Source of the DNA: Nemertoderma westbladi
Lineage: Eukaryota > Animalia > Xenacoelomorpha
DNA: 64,000 nucleotides
Direction: 5' to 3'
Assembly: GCA_032718475.1 (NCBI GenBank)
Contig: JAUCBJ010005423.1
Coordinates: 4,165-68,164 of the forward strand
The notes under the pieces were generated by a model that saw only the letters and a list, made by a program, of their open reading frames with translations, did no database searches and was not told where the DNA came from. Below are positions 41,916 to 52,269 of the stretch, piece after piece. Numbering within the stretch: the stretch's first letter is position 1; each line of letters starts with the position of its first letter. A program made the translations under genes and the position numbers.

Positions 41916-42560
41916 TGTTATACATTGTAAAAGTTTATTAATTATTATGCGTAAAGGTTTAAGAATTGATGAATATGTGCCCCTCAATATAATTCCGCAT
42001 GTAATGTATTTATATACATATTTGGTGCAGAGCCATAGGTTAATTAATAAGGTACTGTTAGTGAATAGGGTATATTCAGTTTTTTTAAGTTTAGTAAAAG
42101 TTTATTATCAGTTAACCAGTTATTTAATTTTGAAAGTTCATTGTTCGTACTGTTGTGTAGATCGTGGATGTCCGAATGAGTGTGAGTTTAATAAAGTTGT
42201 ATAGTCTGCAAAATTCGATCTCGTATCAGAACAATAATTCTGGCCAATATGGAAGGATGACTGGCAGGCGTTCCGATCTCATCTGGCCTAGCTAACTTAT
42301 ACTCAGAGGATCCAGCTCAGAGATGAGAATCCTGCGCCGATCTACTTAGACTCACTTCGCGCCAGACACGGGCAGAGCTCCATGGTGCTTTCTCACGCCA
42401 CACCAAATGCCATCGTGCGCGGCCTCAACCTCATCACAGAGGAGATGCCGATGCCAACAGCGTCATTGTAGGGCTGGAAGCTCACATTGGTGGAACAAAC
42501 AAACAGATTTACCGACAGAAACTCCCCCTTCGAGCAAGGAACCACCCTGAGTCTTGTGTT
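41916..42560 (+). mobile_element. Decayed Gypsy-type LTR retrotransposon 5' fragment (leader plus gag remnant)
   Basis: Frameshifted WPIWKDDWQAF..SSGLANL...AIVRGLNL...DANSVIVGLEAHIGGTNKQIYRQK at 42241-42525 resembles a Gypsy gag N-terminus. Possible PBS TGGTGCAG at 42022. Left boundary uncertain. Confidence 0.5.
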
Positions 42561-42824
42561 ATAGAAGCGTATCAACAAGAAATATATTTTATGGGTATGT
42601 ATTCCAGTACTCGGAAAGATTGTTGGTTGGGATCTAATTCAAACTCCCTTGGTATTTGTATTATTGTTATTGTATTATTGTATTATTGTGTATTATTATT
42701 ATTGTTATACGATTTCTGCCTCTGAGGGCCTTCTTCCTGGTATTAATCAATATAAATGATACAAGTTAAAATTATTCCTTATTAAACAAGGACTTTAATT
42801 AATTTTCCCATTGTTCATAATTAA

Positions 42825-42984
42825 TACTTTTCATCACTCAATATGTTATTACCCTTATAAGATTGTCGGCAAATAAGACCTCTCATTCTATTAACAGCGA
42901 CAAATTATCTTTTAATCTTTCGAATCTGTCATAAAATAATTTTATCCAATATTCCAGACCGAGTTGCTTCTTTGCCGTGCATAT
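42825..42984. repeat. Target-site duplication copy 2 (3' side of the RTE LINE)
   Basis: Direct repeat of 45377-45535, abutting the element's (TAG)n tail. Confidence 0.9.
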
Positions 42985-45355
42985 ACTACTACTACTAGGA
43001 TCGGCATGCTGCATTGCAGCTGCATTTTTAAGAATGCTGTGCCGGCTTGTCGATAAAATTGCACCACCACAACTCCCTACCACCCATGACATTTGCTAGA
43101 TCATCCGCATACTACTACTACTAGGATCGGCATGCTGCATTGCAGCTGCATTTTTAAGAATGCTGTGCCGGCTTATCGACAAAATTGCACCGCCACAACT
43201 CCCTATCACCCATGACATTTGCTAGATCATCCACATCTTCAAGGCCAGTGTCCTTTAAGATGCGTCTCAAGAAAGTCATGGGCTGTCCACCATGCTTATT
43301 CACTCCATGAGGCTGCCAAAGTACAAGATTATGCACGGGCTGGTCCTCACGGCGAAAGCAATGTCCTGCAAAGCGGAGGCGATTTTGTTCTAGTGTCAAG
43401 CTTGGGGGAACCAGGCAACCAATGAGATAACTCCAATGTTATATAGTGTCTGGTTGGAGATGTGTGCCACAACTTGACACAATGAACCCGGCGTAGCATT
43501 CTTGTGAATGTGCCATCCAGAGATTTGGTGTCCTCAGCAGTTAGAGCCCAGCATGGACTCCCATAGAGGAGTACTGAAACTACTGCTGCTCTAAATAATC
43601 GGACCTTAAGTTTCCGATTAATTCTCGGTGACTTCCAAATCCTGCAAAGCCTATTCAAGGCTGCCCATGCCTTTCCCTTACGTATTCGAAGGTCCTCACC
43701 TGACTTCCGGATCCATGATCCCACATAACAGAAGTCGACCACATGCCCAAGCATACCATCCTTTGAGCTTATGCTCATCCGATCAGAGACTTGCTGAGGA
43801 CTTTCAAAGTTAACTGTCAAAATTTTGGTCTTTCTAGAGTTCATAAAAAGACCAACACTAGAAGTAGCATGTTCTAATGAGCTGAGGAGCCGTTGGGCTC
43901 GTTGATTCTGAGAGTACTCTGAAGTCATCAGCAAAGTCTAGATCAGTTAGGTACTTGGCAGGATTTCCTCGATTTCTGGAGCCAGTAGGTGGAGTTATCA
44001 TCACCCCATCATCATTATGATGATCTAAGGACATGCGTAGAACATAGTCAACCACAATTATGAACAAGAATGATGCAAGTGTGTCACCCTGGAGGACGCC
44101 CCTTAACATTTCAAATGGTTCTGTGTCACCGTCAACAGTAGACACAAATGTTGTCAAACCATCGTATACTGATCTGATTGCTGCAATAATTTCATCAGGA
44201 ATCCCATATAATGAAAGTATGCTGAACATACGTGAATGAGAGACTGAATCAAAGGCCTTGAAGAAGTCAACAAAGATAACAACCAGATGCCTGTCTTTCT
44301 TGTTTGATAACTCTTAAATTATCCTTCTAAGTTCCAAAATGGGCTCCATGGTCACACGACCTTTACAGAACCCATTCTGATTTCCACGGAGCAGTCTCTC
44401 AATGAGATCCCTGATGCGATTTAATAGAATTCTATTGTATAGCTTTGCAGCAATCGAGATCAATGAGATTCCCTGAAAAGAACCATAAAGTGATAGGTTG
44501 CCCTTCTTGGGAACTGGCACCGACTTATTTGTTTTCATTTCTTGTAGGACTCTTGTTGTTCGGTACATGTCTACTATGATGGGATAGATGAGCTTTAAAC
44601 ACTCAGATATTTTAAAGACCTCAGGGGGAACACCATCTACTCTACTGGCATGATTGGTCTTAATGCTCTTTGCAGCAGCCTTCACTTCTGCAATGGAGAT
44701 ATCGCCAATGGGAATATATGGGAGTACAGACTCAGACACTTTTACTTCTATAAAGTTATCAGGCAATACCCTGTCATTATTGAGGAGCTTTTCAAAGTGG
44801 GCCTTCCAACCATTGAGGCGATCGGCTGGTGATTCAGCCGTAACCTTGGTGGTTGGTTGGCTTTTCCGCCCAGTAAACAAGTTGATCGATTTCCATGCCT
44901 GGGATGATTGCCTGCTGTCTTCAGCATCATTGATGGCATCAACCTGTTGGTTTATTAGCTCCTGTAGATTAACAGAGTACTGCCTGTTCAGGGACCTTTA
45001 TTCAGCCTTAACTGCATTCTTGGCCGCTGTAGTCTGTTTGAGTCGGGACTCTTTCTGCGCATTATAGAGTCATTTCGGCACTTCTGAAATTTTGTTGTCA
45101 GTCCAGGGGGCCCTTTTCCTGTTTTGAGGGTATACAGGAACTGTTTCTGCAGCTGCTAACTTAACTGGTTCTGTGAAGGCACTATAGCCCTCACAGTGAT
45201 CTGCCGCCTCAGAGGCAAGAACCTCGTACCGATTGCTCAGCTGTAGTTTGAAGCTGGATCTCACACTTTGCTGTTGCAACAGAGAGGACCAGTCATGCCG
45301 CGGCAAGGCAGATTTCGTTGTTCTGATAGCACGCAGACTAAGTCTTACCTTAGCT
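42985..45355 (-). mobile_element. 5'-truncated RTE-clade LINE pseudogene with (TAG)n tail and duplicated 3' end
   Basis: KVRLSLRA (end of APE domain), PVPKKGNLS...GISLISIAAKLYNRILLNRI, FVDFFKAFDS, GVLQGDTLASFLF, DLDFADD, RLRFAGHC. Many stops and frameshifts. Confidence 0.93.
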
Positions 45356-45376
45356 TAATTGCCTTGGCATAATTTG

Positions 45377-45535
45377 TACTTTTAATCACTCAATATATTA
45401 TTACCCTTATAAGATTGTCGGCAAATAAGACCTCTCATTTTATTAACAGCGAGAAATTATCTTTTAATCTTTCGAATCTGTCATGAAATAATTTTATAAA
45501 CTCACCAGACCGAGTTGCTTCTTTGCCGTGCATAT
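45377..45535. repeat. Target-site duplication copy 1 (5' side of the RTE LINE); contains the last 30 nt of TSPO exon 2 and its donor
   Basis: Direct repeat of 42825-42984; may extend ~20 bp further left. Confidence 0.9.
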
Positions 45536-45642
45536 TGTTGGCCATGTGTAACTCAAACCCAATTGTATCGCATAGAGAATGAGTGGTGTTGCCGGTGACA
45601 CGCTCTGGTTCTGCCAAACCAAGTATGAAATATATCCTATAC
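45506..45642 (-). CDS. TSPO: TSPO-like coding exon 2 of 3: (G)IGYISYLVWQNQSVSPATPLILYAIQLGLSYTWPTICTAKKQLGL
   Basis: Acceptor tttttcttataaatatag, donor GTGAGT, 137 nt, phase 1 to phase 0. Matches TSPO GYGSYLVW...PLGLYTGQLALNWAWPPIFFGARQMGW. Confidence 0.88.
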
Positions 45643-46217
45643 CTATATTTATAAGAAAAAATATAAATATTACAAATAAATTCCAGCATATTATCTGAAC
45701 TTGTACAAGCGACAATTTAACCAACTCGAGACCCACATGGGCTCAACTCGATCCTTGCTCCACTCTCCCATCCCGTTCTTCGCGTGTCAATCTTCTAGTC
45801 CCCAACGCCATAATCTCTTCCGGGACATGAAAATAATCCAGCCACCCCTCTACACCAGACTATCTGCTCCTAACACCACAAACTGGTTTCTGATACTATA
45901 AATTTGTTCCTCCCTGGACCATGTCAATAAATTCATACCACAGTCCAGTCACTCACCATCTCCAGACAAATGATAAACCATGAAGGCTACTGTACTTACT
46001 ACTTTACTTAGTTTTCTCTTCTGCAAGCGCCTCATTCAAATTAAATACTAATTGTTCTATACAATGTCTTATACAGTAGTATTATGGTGTTTCACCGGGT
46101 CTAATCCCAAAATTAAATATTATCGAGAATAAATAGGCCTACATAGTTATTGTGTTTAAATACTACAATCTGACAGTAGAAGAATAGCAGCAGTAGGCCT
46201 AATAATTGACTCCTCAC

Positions 46218-46401
46218 CTGCATGACTTAACATATGAACAGCGAGTGCCAGTGTCCTTGGGAGCGGACAAGACCATATGGGAAAGCTATAACCCCCATAG
46301 TAATCGTGCTCATGTAGATTGCGGTGTACGCAGTACCAGGCCAGGGTGCCAGCCAGACTGGGGACGGCTATAGCCCCAGCAATAGGGAGAGACCATGGCA
46401 T
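46218..46401 (-). CDS. TSPO: TSPO-like coding exon 1 of 3: MPWSLPIAGAIAVPSLAGTLAWYCVHRNLHEHDYYGGYSFPIWSCPLPRTLALAVHMLSHA(G)
   Basis: ATG at 46401 (alternative in-frame ATG at 46458), donor GCAG|GTGAGG, 184 nt. The three exons total 492 nt = 163 aa plus stop, in frame. Confidence 0.8.
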
Positions 46402-47179
46402 GTTAGGGAGATACCGTGTCAACCAATATTCGGTTGATATACCCGGGCACTGCGTCATTATTGTTACAAAAGTTTTCTTACTGTTTAGTTACTTTTTTTA
46501 TGTTACTCCACCGGCACCTATTGACTCTAAAGTAATGTATTTTTTGCGGTGTCCACTGATTTAAGATACAGAACTGTAGAGCTCTAACTATATCTTAGGC
46601 TTACTGTATTTGGTTATCTTTAAATTGTATTTTTTATAAGGCGTTTCAGTTACTTCTAAAAAATGATTGTTTAGGTCTATCTATTTCTCTTACAATTACA
46701 GCTTTGGGGGGGGGGGGACTGGACGCAATAAAAATTAATGCCTCTCCAGGGGAAATTGGAGGCAAATAACAGCTGATTACTCTCAAAAATAAAACTATAA
46801 CCTGTTCTATTGTGTTTAGTTTATTGTTTTGATTAACGTGCCACTGTAACTGCGCGCTACTTCCTCCTGTCGACACCGGCTGTCATTTATTTAACCATTA
46901 ATTTTTTGTGTTTTTGAGTGTTTTTTGATAATCGTGATGGAGCTAGTAATTTTTTTACTACACAGCCTATATATATAAGCTAATACCATACAGTAGTATG
47001 TATTTAAAATGTTTAAAACTGATTTTTTTCAATATGTTGCGTGTATAGGTGTTCTTGGTTGGTTGAAAAGCCTAAATTATTATCCTAGAATAATAGCTGG
47101 ATCTCATTCACGAATACTTTGCTGAATTTAGATTCAGAAAACTGTACCGCCATACGATGTTAAATATCAAACGATTTTT

Positions 47180-50100
47180 AATATAAGCTTAAACTGTTAT
47201 AATACCGGTATCATCTATATTTTTGGTCATTAATATATTCGGCAACGGTTCCGCCCGTCCCCCAATATTCAGATTTTTTACTACCTATTTTTATGCAGTT
47301 TTTTTACATATATTAATGTTCTAGAACATATCCCGCGGCAAAAAAATATATTTATTTTTTATGGTAGCTAGTATTTTTTGTCTAGCTAGTGTTTTTAAAA
47401 AAATTACTAGCTATTTTTAAGCGCAATTTTATTTTTTTCAGAAAATTTCCACTTTTTATAAATTTTCTAGAACAAAATATAACTTATAAGTAGATATCGG
47501 GACAATGAATGGTGAATGAATGTAATGCTAACTCTATCAGAAACAAAATATAACTCGTTCTAGATCATAATTAAAAAAACTATTATAAAATGTTCTAGAA
47601 CACTTTACACAAACACTAAAAGGTAACAGCTAACAAACTTGTACATTTTGGTATAAAATTAAAATGGGGTACTAGTGTAGCACCGTGTCACCCTTATTCT
47701 GCCTTTTTTATAGCTGTTTTATAGCTGTTTTTCACTATTGATTTATGTTCTGGAACATATTTGGACTCATTACATGATACATTTTTGTGGTAGCTAGTGT
47801 TTTTGATGTTAGCTAGTGTTTTTTTTCATTATAGCTATTTTAAAAAATGTTCTTGAATTCACGTTATATTTTATTTTCTTGTTAAATTTTTGTGATTGTA
47901 GTGATTTTGATGGTAGCTAGTGTTTTTTTTCATCATAGCTATTTAAAAAAAATGCTGTTGAAATCCCGGCACTACTGGGTACCGGTTGTGTGACCATTTT
48001 TTAAATTAAAAAAAATACGGAAATTTTGGTTATTTTTGTTATTGGTAAGTGTTCTAGAACATTAGTAGATATTTTTTTATGGTGGCTACTGTAAAATAAT
48101 ATATAATAATAAAAAATGTAAATCATTGATATTTCAGGTTTAAATTGTTGTAGAATATATTAATGACCAAAAATATTGATGATATTATAAAAGTTTACAG
48201 TGTATATTAATTCTTTTTAAATTTGTTTACTTTCTTAAAAAAATACAAGCTAGTAAAAGCTATCTCAGCTTCATTCCCCTGGGCGCCAGAATGGCTCGCT
48301 ACGCCTCTGCATGGCAACAGATAAGAGTTCTAGAACAAAAAATATATAATACACACTATTGTAGAAAAAAATAATATAAAAAAATCATTGTTCTAGAACA
48401 TATAGCTAGTAATTTTTAAATTTAAAATAGCGGTACTACTATGTTAGGGGTACCCACTTTTTGACCATTTATTTGACAATGTTAATGACTATTATCTTGA
48501 GGTTTTTTGTTTTATAACATTAATGTCATCTTCTGTTAGACGTTAGCTATTGTTTTTTTATGGTAGCTAGTGATTTCTTTTAGGTAGCTACTGTTTTTAA
48601 AATTACAAAACCAAATTTTTGGTACCTAATTTTTGATCAATTTTTTTACCATATTATTGGATATTATCATGATGTTTTTCTTTCTAGAACATAAATTTCA
48701 CCTTCTGAGAGAGGTTACCTATTATTTTTTATTAAGGTAGCTAGTGTTTTTAAAGGTAGCTAGTGATCTTAAAATTACAAAATAATATTTTGGACCATGT
48801 TAATGGATATTTATCAAGATGGTTTTTTGTTCTAGAACATAAATTATTTCACCTTCTGAGAGAGGTTAGCTATTATTTTTTATTATGGTAGCTAGTGTTT
48901 TTAAAGGTAGCTAGTGATCTTAAAATTACAAAAGAAATTTTGTAGTGCCCCTTTTATTTAGACAATTTCCATATCATCAATATTATTCTCGAAATGACTA
49001 ATAAAAAGATAAATAAATCTAGTAATAAGTAAAATAGGCCTAAATAAGTAAAATTTGTAAAAACTCTATTTTGACATCTGCCTATATTTTGTATAAAAAA
49101 CTAGCTAGTGAATAATTACTAGCTACTTTGACTATCAAATATAAATTACTAGCTGCCATGACTTATTCCATGCAAATATATAATTGAGAATTAAATTACC
49201 GGTATACCTTACATTTACTAGCTAATAAATAGTACTAGCTAACACAAAATTAAAAGTACTACTGTAGCGACTATCTTACTGTCAGAAGGTCAAATATTTG
49301 TTCTAGATAAAAAACCTCATAATAAAATATACGTATTTTTACAAGAAAAAAGTTTGTCAAATTGTTTTTCAATTTTTCAATTATAATTTTTTTCACTAGC
49401 TAATAAAAAGTACTAGCTAACACAAAATCAAAATTACTAGCTACCATCGTACTGGCAGAAGGTCAAATATTTGTTCTAGAACAAAAAACCTCATGATAAA
49501 AGCCATTTTTATATGAAAAAATTTGTTTAAAAAGTGGGTACCCATAACATAGTAGTACCAGAATAGCTAGTAATAAAAAAAAATTTATTTATTTATATTA
49601 TTATTAAAAAATTTATCTATCGGTACCGGTACCAAATTGTATTATTTGTTAAATTTAGTAGCTGTTTTAAAATAAAAAAAACTAGCTACCCGGTATATGT
49701 TTTAGAACATTAATATATTTTATTTTATTTATGTAATATAAATAATATATAATAATAAAAAATGTAAATCATTGATATTTCAGGTTTAAATTGTTGTAGA
49801 ATATATTAATGACCAAAAATATTGATGATATTATAAAAGTTTACAGTGTATATTAATTCTTTTTAATTTTGTTTACTTTCTTAAAAAAATACTAGCTAGT
49901 AGAAGCTATCTCAGCTTCATTCCCCTGGGCGCCAGAATGGCTCGCTACGCCTCTGCATGGCAACAGATAAGAGTTCTAGAACAAAAAATATATAATACAC
50001 ACTATTGTAGAAAAAAATTAATATAAAAAAATCATTGTTCTAGAACATATAGCTAGTAATTTTTAAATTTAAAATAGCGGTACTACTATGTTAGGGGTAC

Positions 50101-51590
50101 CCACTTTTTGACCATTTATTTGACAATGTTAATGACTATTATCTTGAGGTTTTTTGTTTTATAACATTAATGTCATCTTCTGTTAGACGTTAGCTATTGT
50201 TTTTTTATGGTAGCTAGTGATTTCTTTTAGGTAGCTACTGTTTTTAAAATTACAAAACCAAATTTTTGGTACCTAATTTTTGATCAATTTTTTTACCATA
50301 TTATTGGATATTATCATGATGTTTTTCGTTCTAGAACATAAATTTCACCTTCTGAGAGAGGTTACCTATTATTTTTTATTAATTAAATTTTTTTTAATTT
50401 ACAAATTTAAAAGTACTAGCGACTATCTTACTGTCAGAAGGTCAAATATTTGTTCTAGATAAAAAACCTCATAATAAAATATACGTATTTTTACAAGAAA
50501 AAAGTTTGTCAAATTGTTTTTCAATTTTTCAATTATAATTTTTTTCACTAGCTAATAAAAAGTACTAGCTAACACAAAATCAAAATTACTAGCTACCATC
50601 GTACTGGCAGAAGGTCAAATATTTGTTCTAGAACAAAAAACCTCATGATAAAAGCCATTTTTATATGAAAAAATTTGTTTAAAAAGTGGGTACCCATAAC
50701 ATAGTAGTACCAAAATAGCTAGTAATAAAAAAAAATTTATTTATTTATATTATTATTAAAAAATTTATCTATCGGTACCGGTACCAAATTGTATTATTTG
50801 TTAAATTTAGTAGCTGTTTTAAAATAAAAAAAACTAGCTACCCGGTATATGTTTTAGAACATTAATATATTTTATTTTATTTATGTAATATTATACAGTA
50901 CCGGTATGTATTATACACTATTCTAGAGCATAAATAATACAAATAATATAATGTTCTAGAACATATAACTAGTTATTTTTCAAATTTAAAATAGCTAGTA
51001 ATACAAAAAAAATTATTTATTTATATTATTTATTTATTAGAAAATTTAACTAACAAATTGGATATTTCTTTAAATTTACTAGCTATTTCAAATAAAAAAA
51101 AAACAAGCTATATGTTGTAGAACATTATATTTTTTATTTTATTTATGTTCTAGAATAGTATATAATAATTTTATATTGTTCTATAACTCTTCAATGTTGC
51201 CATATTAACAATGACATATATGTTTTAAAAATGCACTTCTATACGGAACTATACCCTAAAAATGTTCTAGAACAAATATTTTTTGTTCTAGAACATTTTA
51301 AAAAATTTGTTTTGAAATAACGAAAAAAATACACATATAAATAATAAACATTCATATTTTGTTAGTTTAGAGAAAATAAAATACCAAATATTAGAATTTA
51401 CAATTATTATTTGCAATATTTATTATTATTTGCAAAAATACCAGCTACCATAAAAATATTTAACAACTACCACAATATTGTGTGAAGGTTCAACTATGTT
51501 CTAGAACACTAATTAAAACCAAAAAACACATTAAAAATACACATAAAAAAATCCGGATTTGGTGTAGGCCTACATGTACGGAAGTAATAC
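47180..51590. repeat. AT-rich foldback-like repeat region built from TGTTCTAGAACA and TAGCTAG motifs, with a ~1.65-kb tandem duplication
   Basis: 48095-49740 is repeated at 49741-50891 with ~500 bp missing from the second copy. Internal inverted segments (for example ~47210-47240 vs ~48152-48183). Boundaries approximate. Confidence 0.75.
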
Positions 51591-51598
51591 CAAATGTT

Positions 51599-52269
51599 GG
51601 TATTAGTATGGCCTGTGACCCCACTTTTTGATGAAAAAAACTAACTAGATAGTCTATTTAGATAGAGTCTAACTAAACTGAAAAAAACTAACTAGATAGA
51701 ACGATCTATTGCGATGTTCCAGAATGTTATTTGACAGTTGCCATGGTTACCATTTTGGAGAAAAAAGGCCTTTTAAGAATGTTAGTTTTGAAAATTTATG
51801 TACAATAAAATTGCTTAATTTTGCGTGTAAAAACCATAGTTAGCGGATAGAAGGGATGTGTGGACATGCCAAGCTAGGCTTGATGAGGAACAAGAGAGGA
51901 ACCAATAAGAACCTGTTACAGAATCATCTCGCTGAATTTTGGTGGCGAAATTACAACAGGGAGGCCCCATTCAGCAAACTGCTAACACTAATAAACAATA
52001 GGCCTAGCGAATTATAGAAATCTGTTTAATTCAGTTCAAAAACAAAAAACTAATCAATTTACAATGTTATATTCATTAAATAACATATTCGATTAACCTT
52101 CAATAAATCATTATTTACAACACTTGGTTACCATAGCAACACAAGAAAAATGTTCCAGAATGTAGAACTTGAGTGGGGCAAACATAATACCAACATATGT
52201 AGCTAGTAATCATAAATTACTTGCTAGTTTTTTTCATCAAAAAGTGGGGTCACAGGCCATACTAATACC
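51599..52269 (+). mobile_element. Merlin (IS1016/IS1595-like) deletion derivative with ~45-bp TIRs and a transposase C-terminal remnant
   Basis: TIR GGTATTAGTATGGCCTGTGACCCCACTTTTTGATGAAAAAAACTA at both ends. At 51832-52018: NHS*RIEGMCGHAKLGLMRNKRGTNKNLLQNHLAEFWWRNYNREAPFSKLLTLI. No matching 8-9-bp TSD seen. Confidence 0.7.

Noticed and set aside
45435-45689. NNMHGKE read as an M14 carboxypeptidase motif
   Set aside because: Wrong frame; the same bases encode the TSPO-like exon with consistent splice phases.
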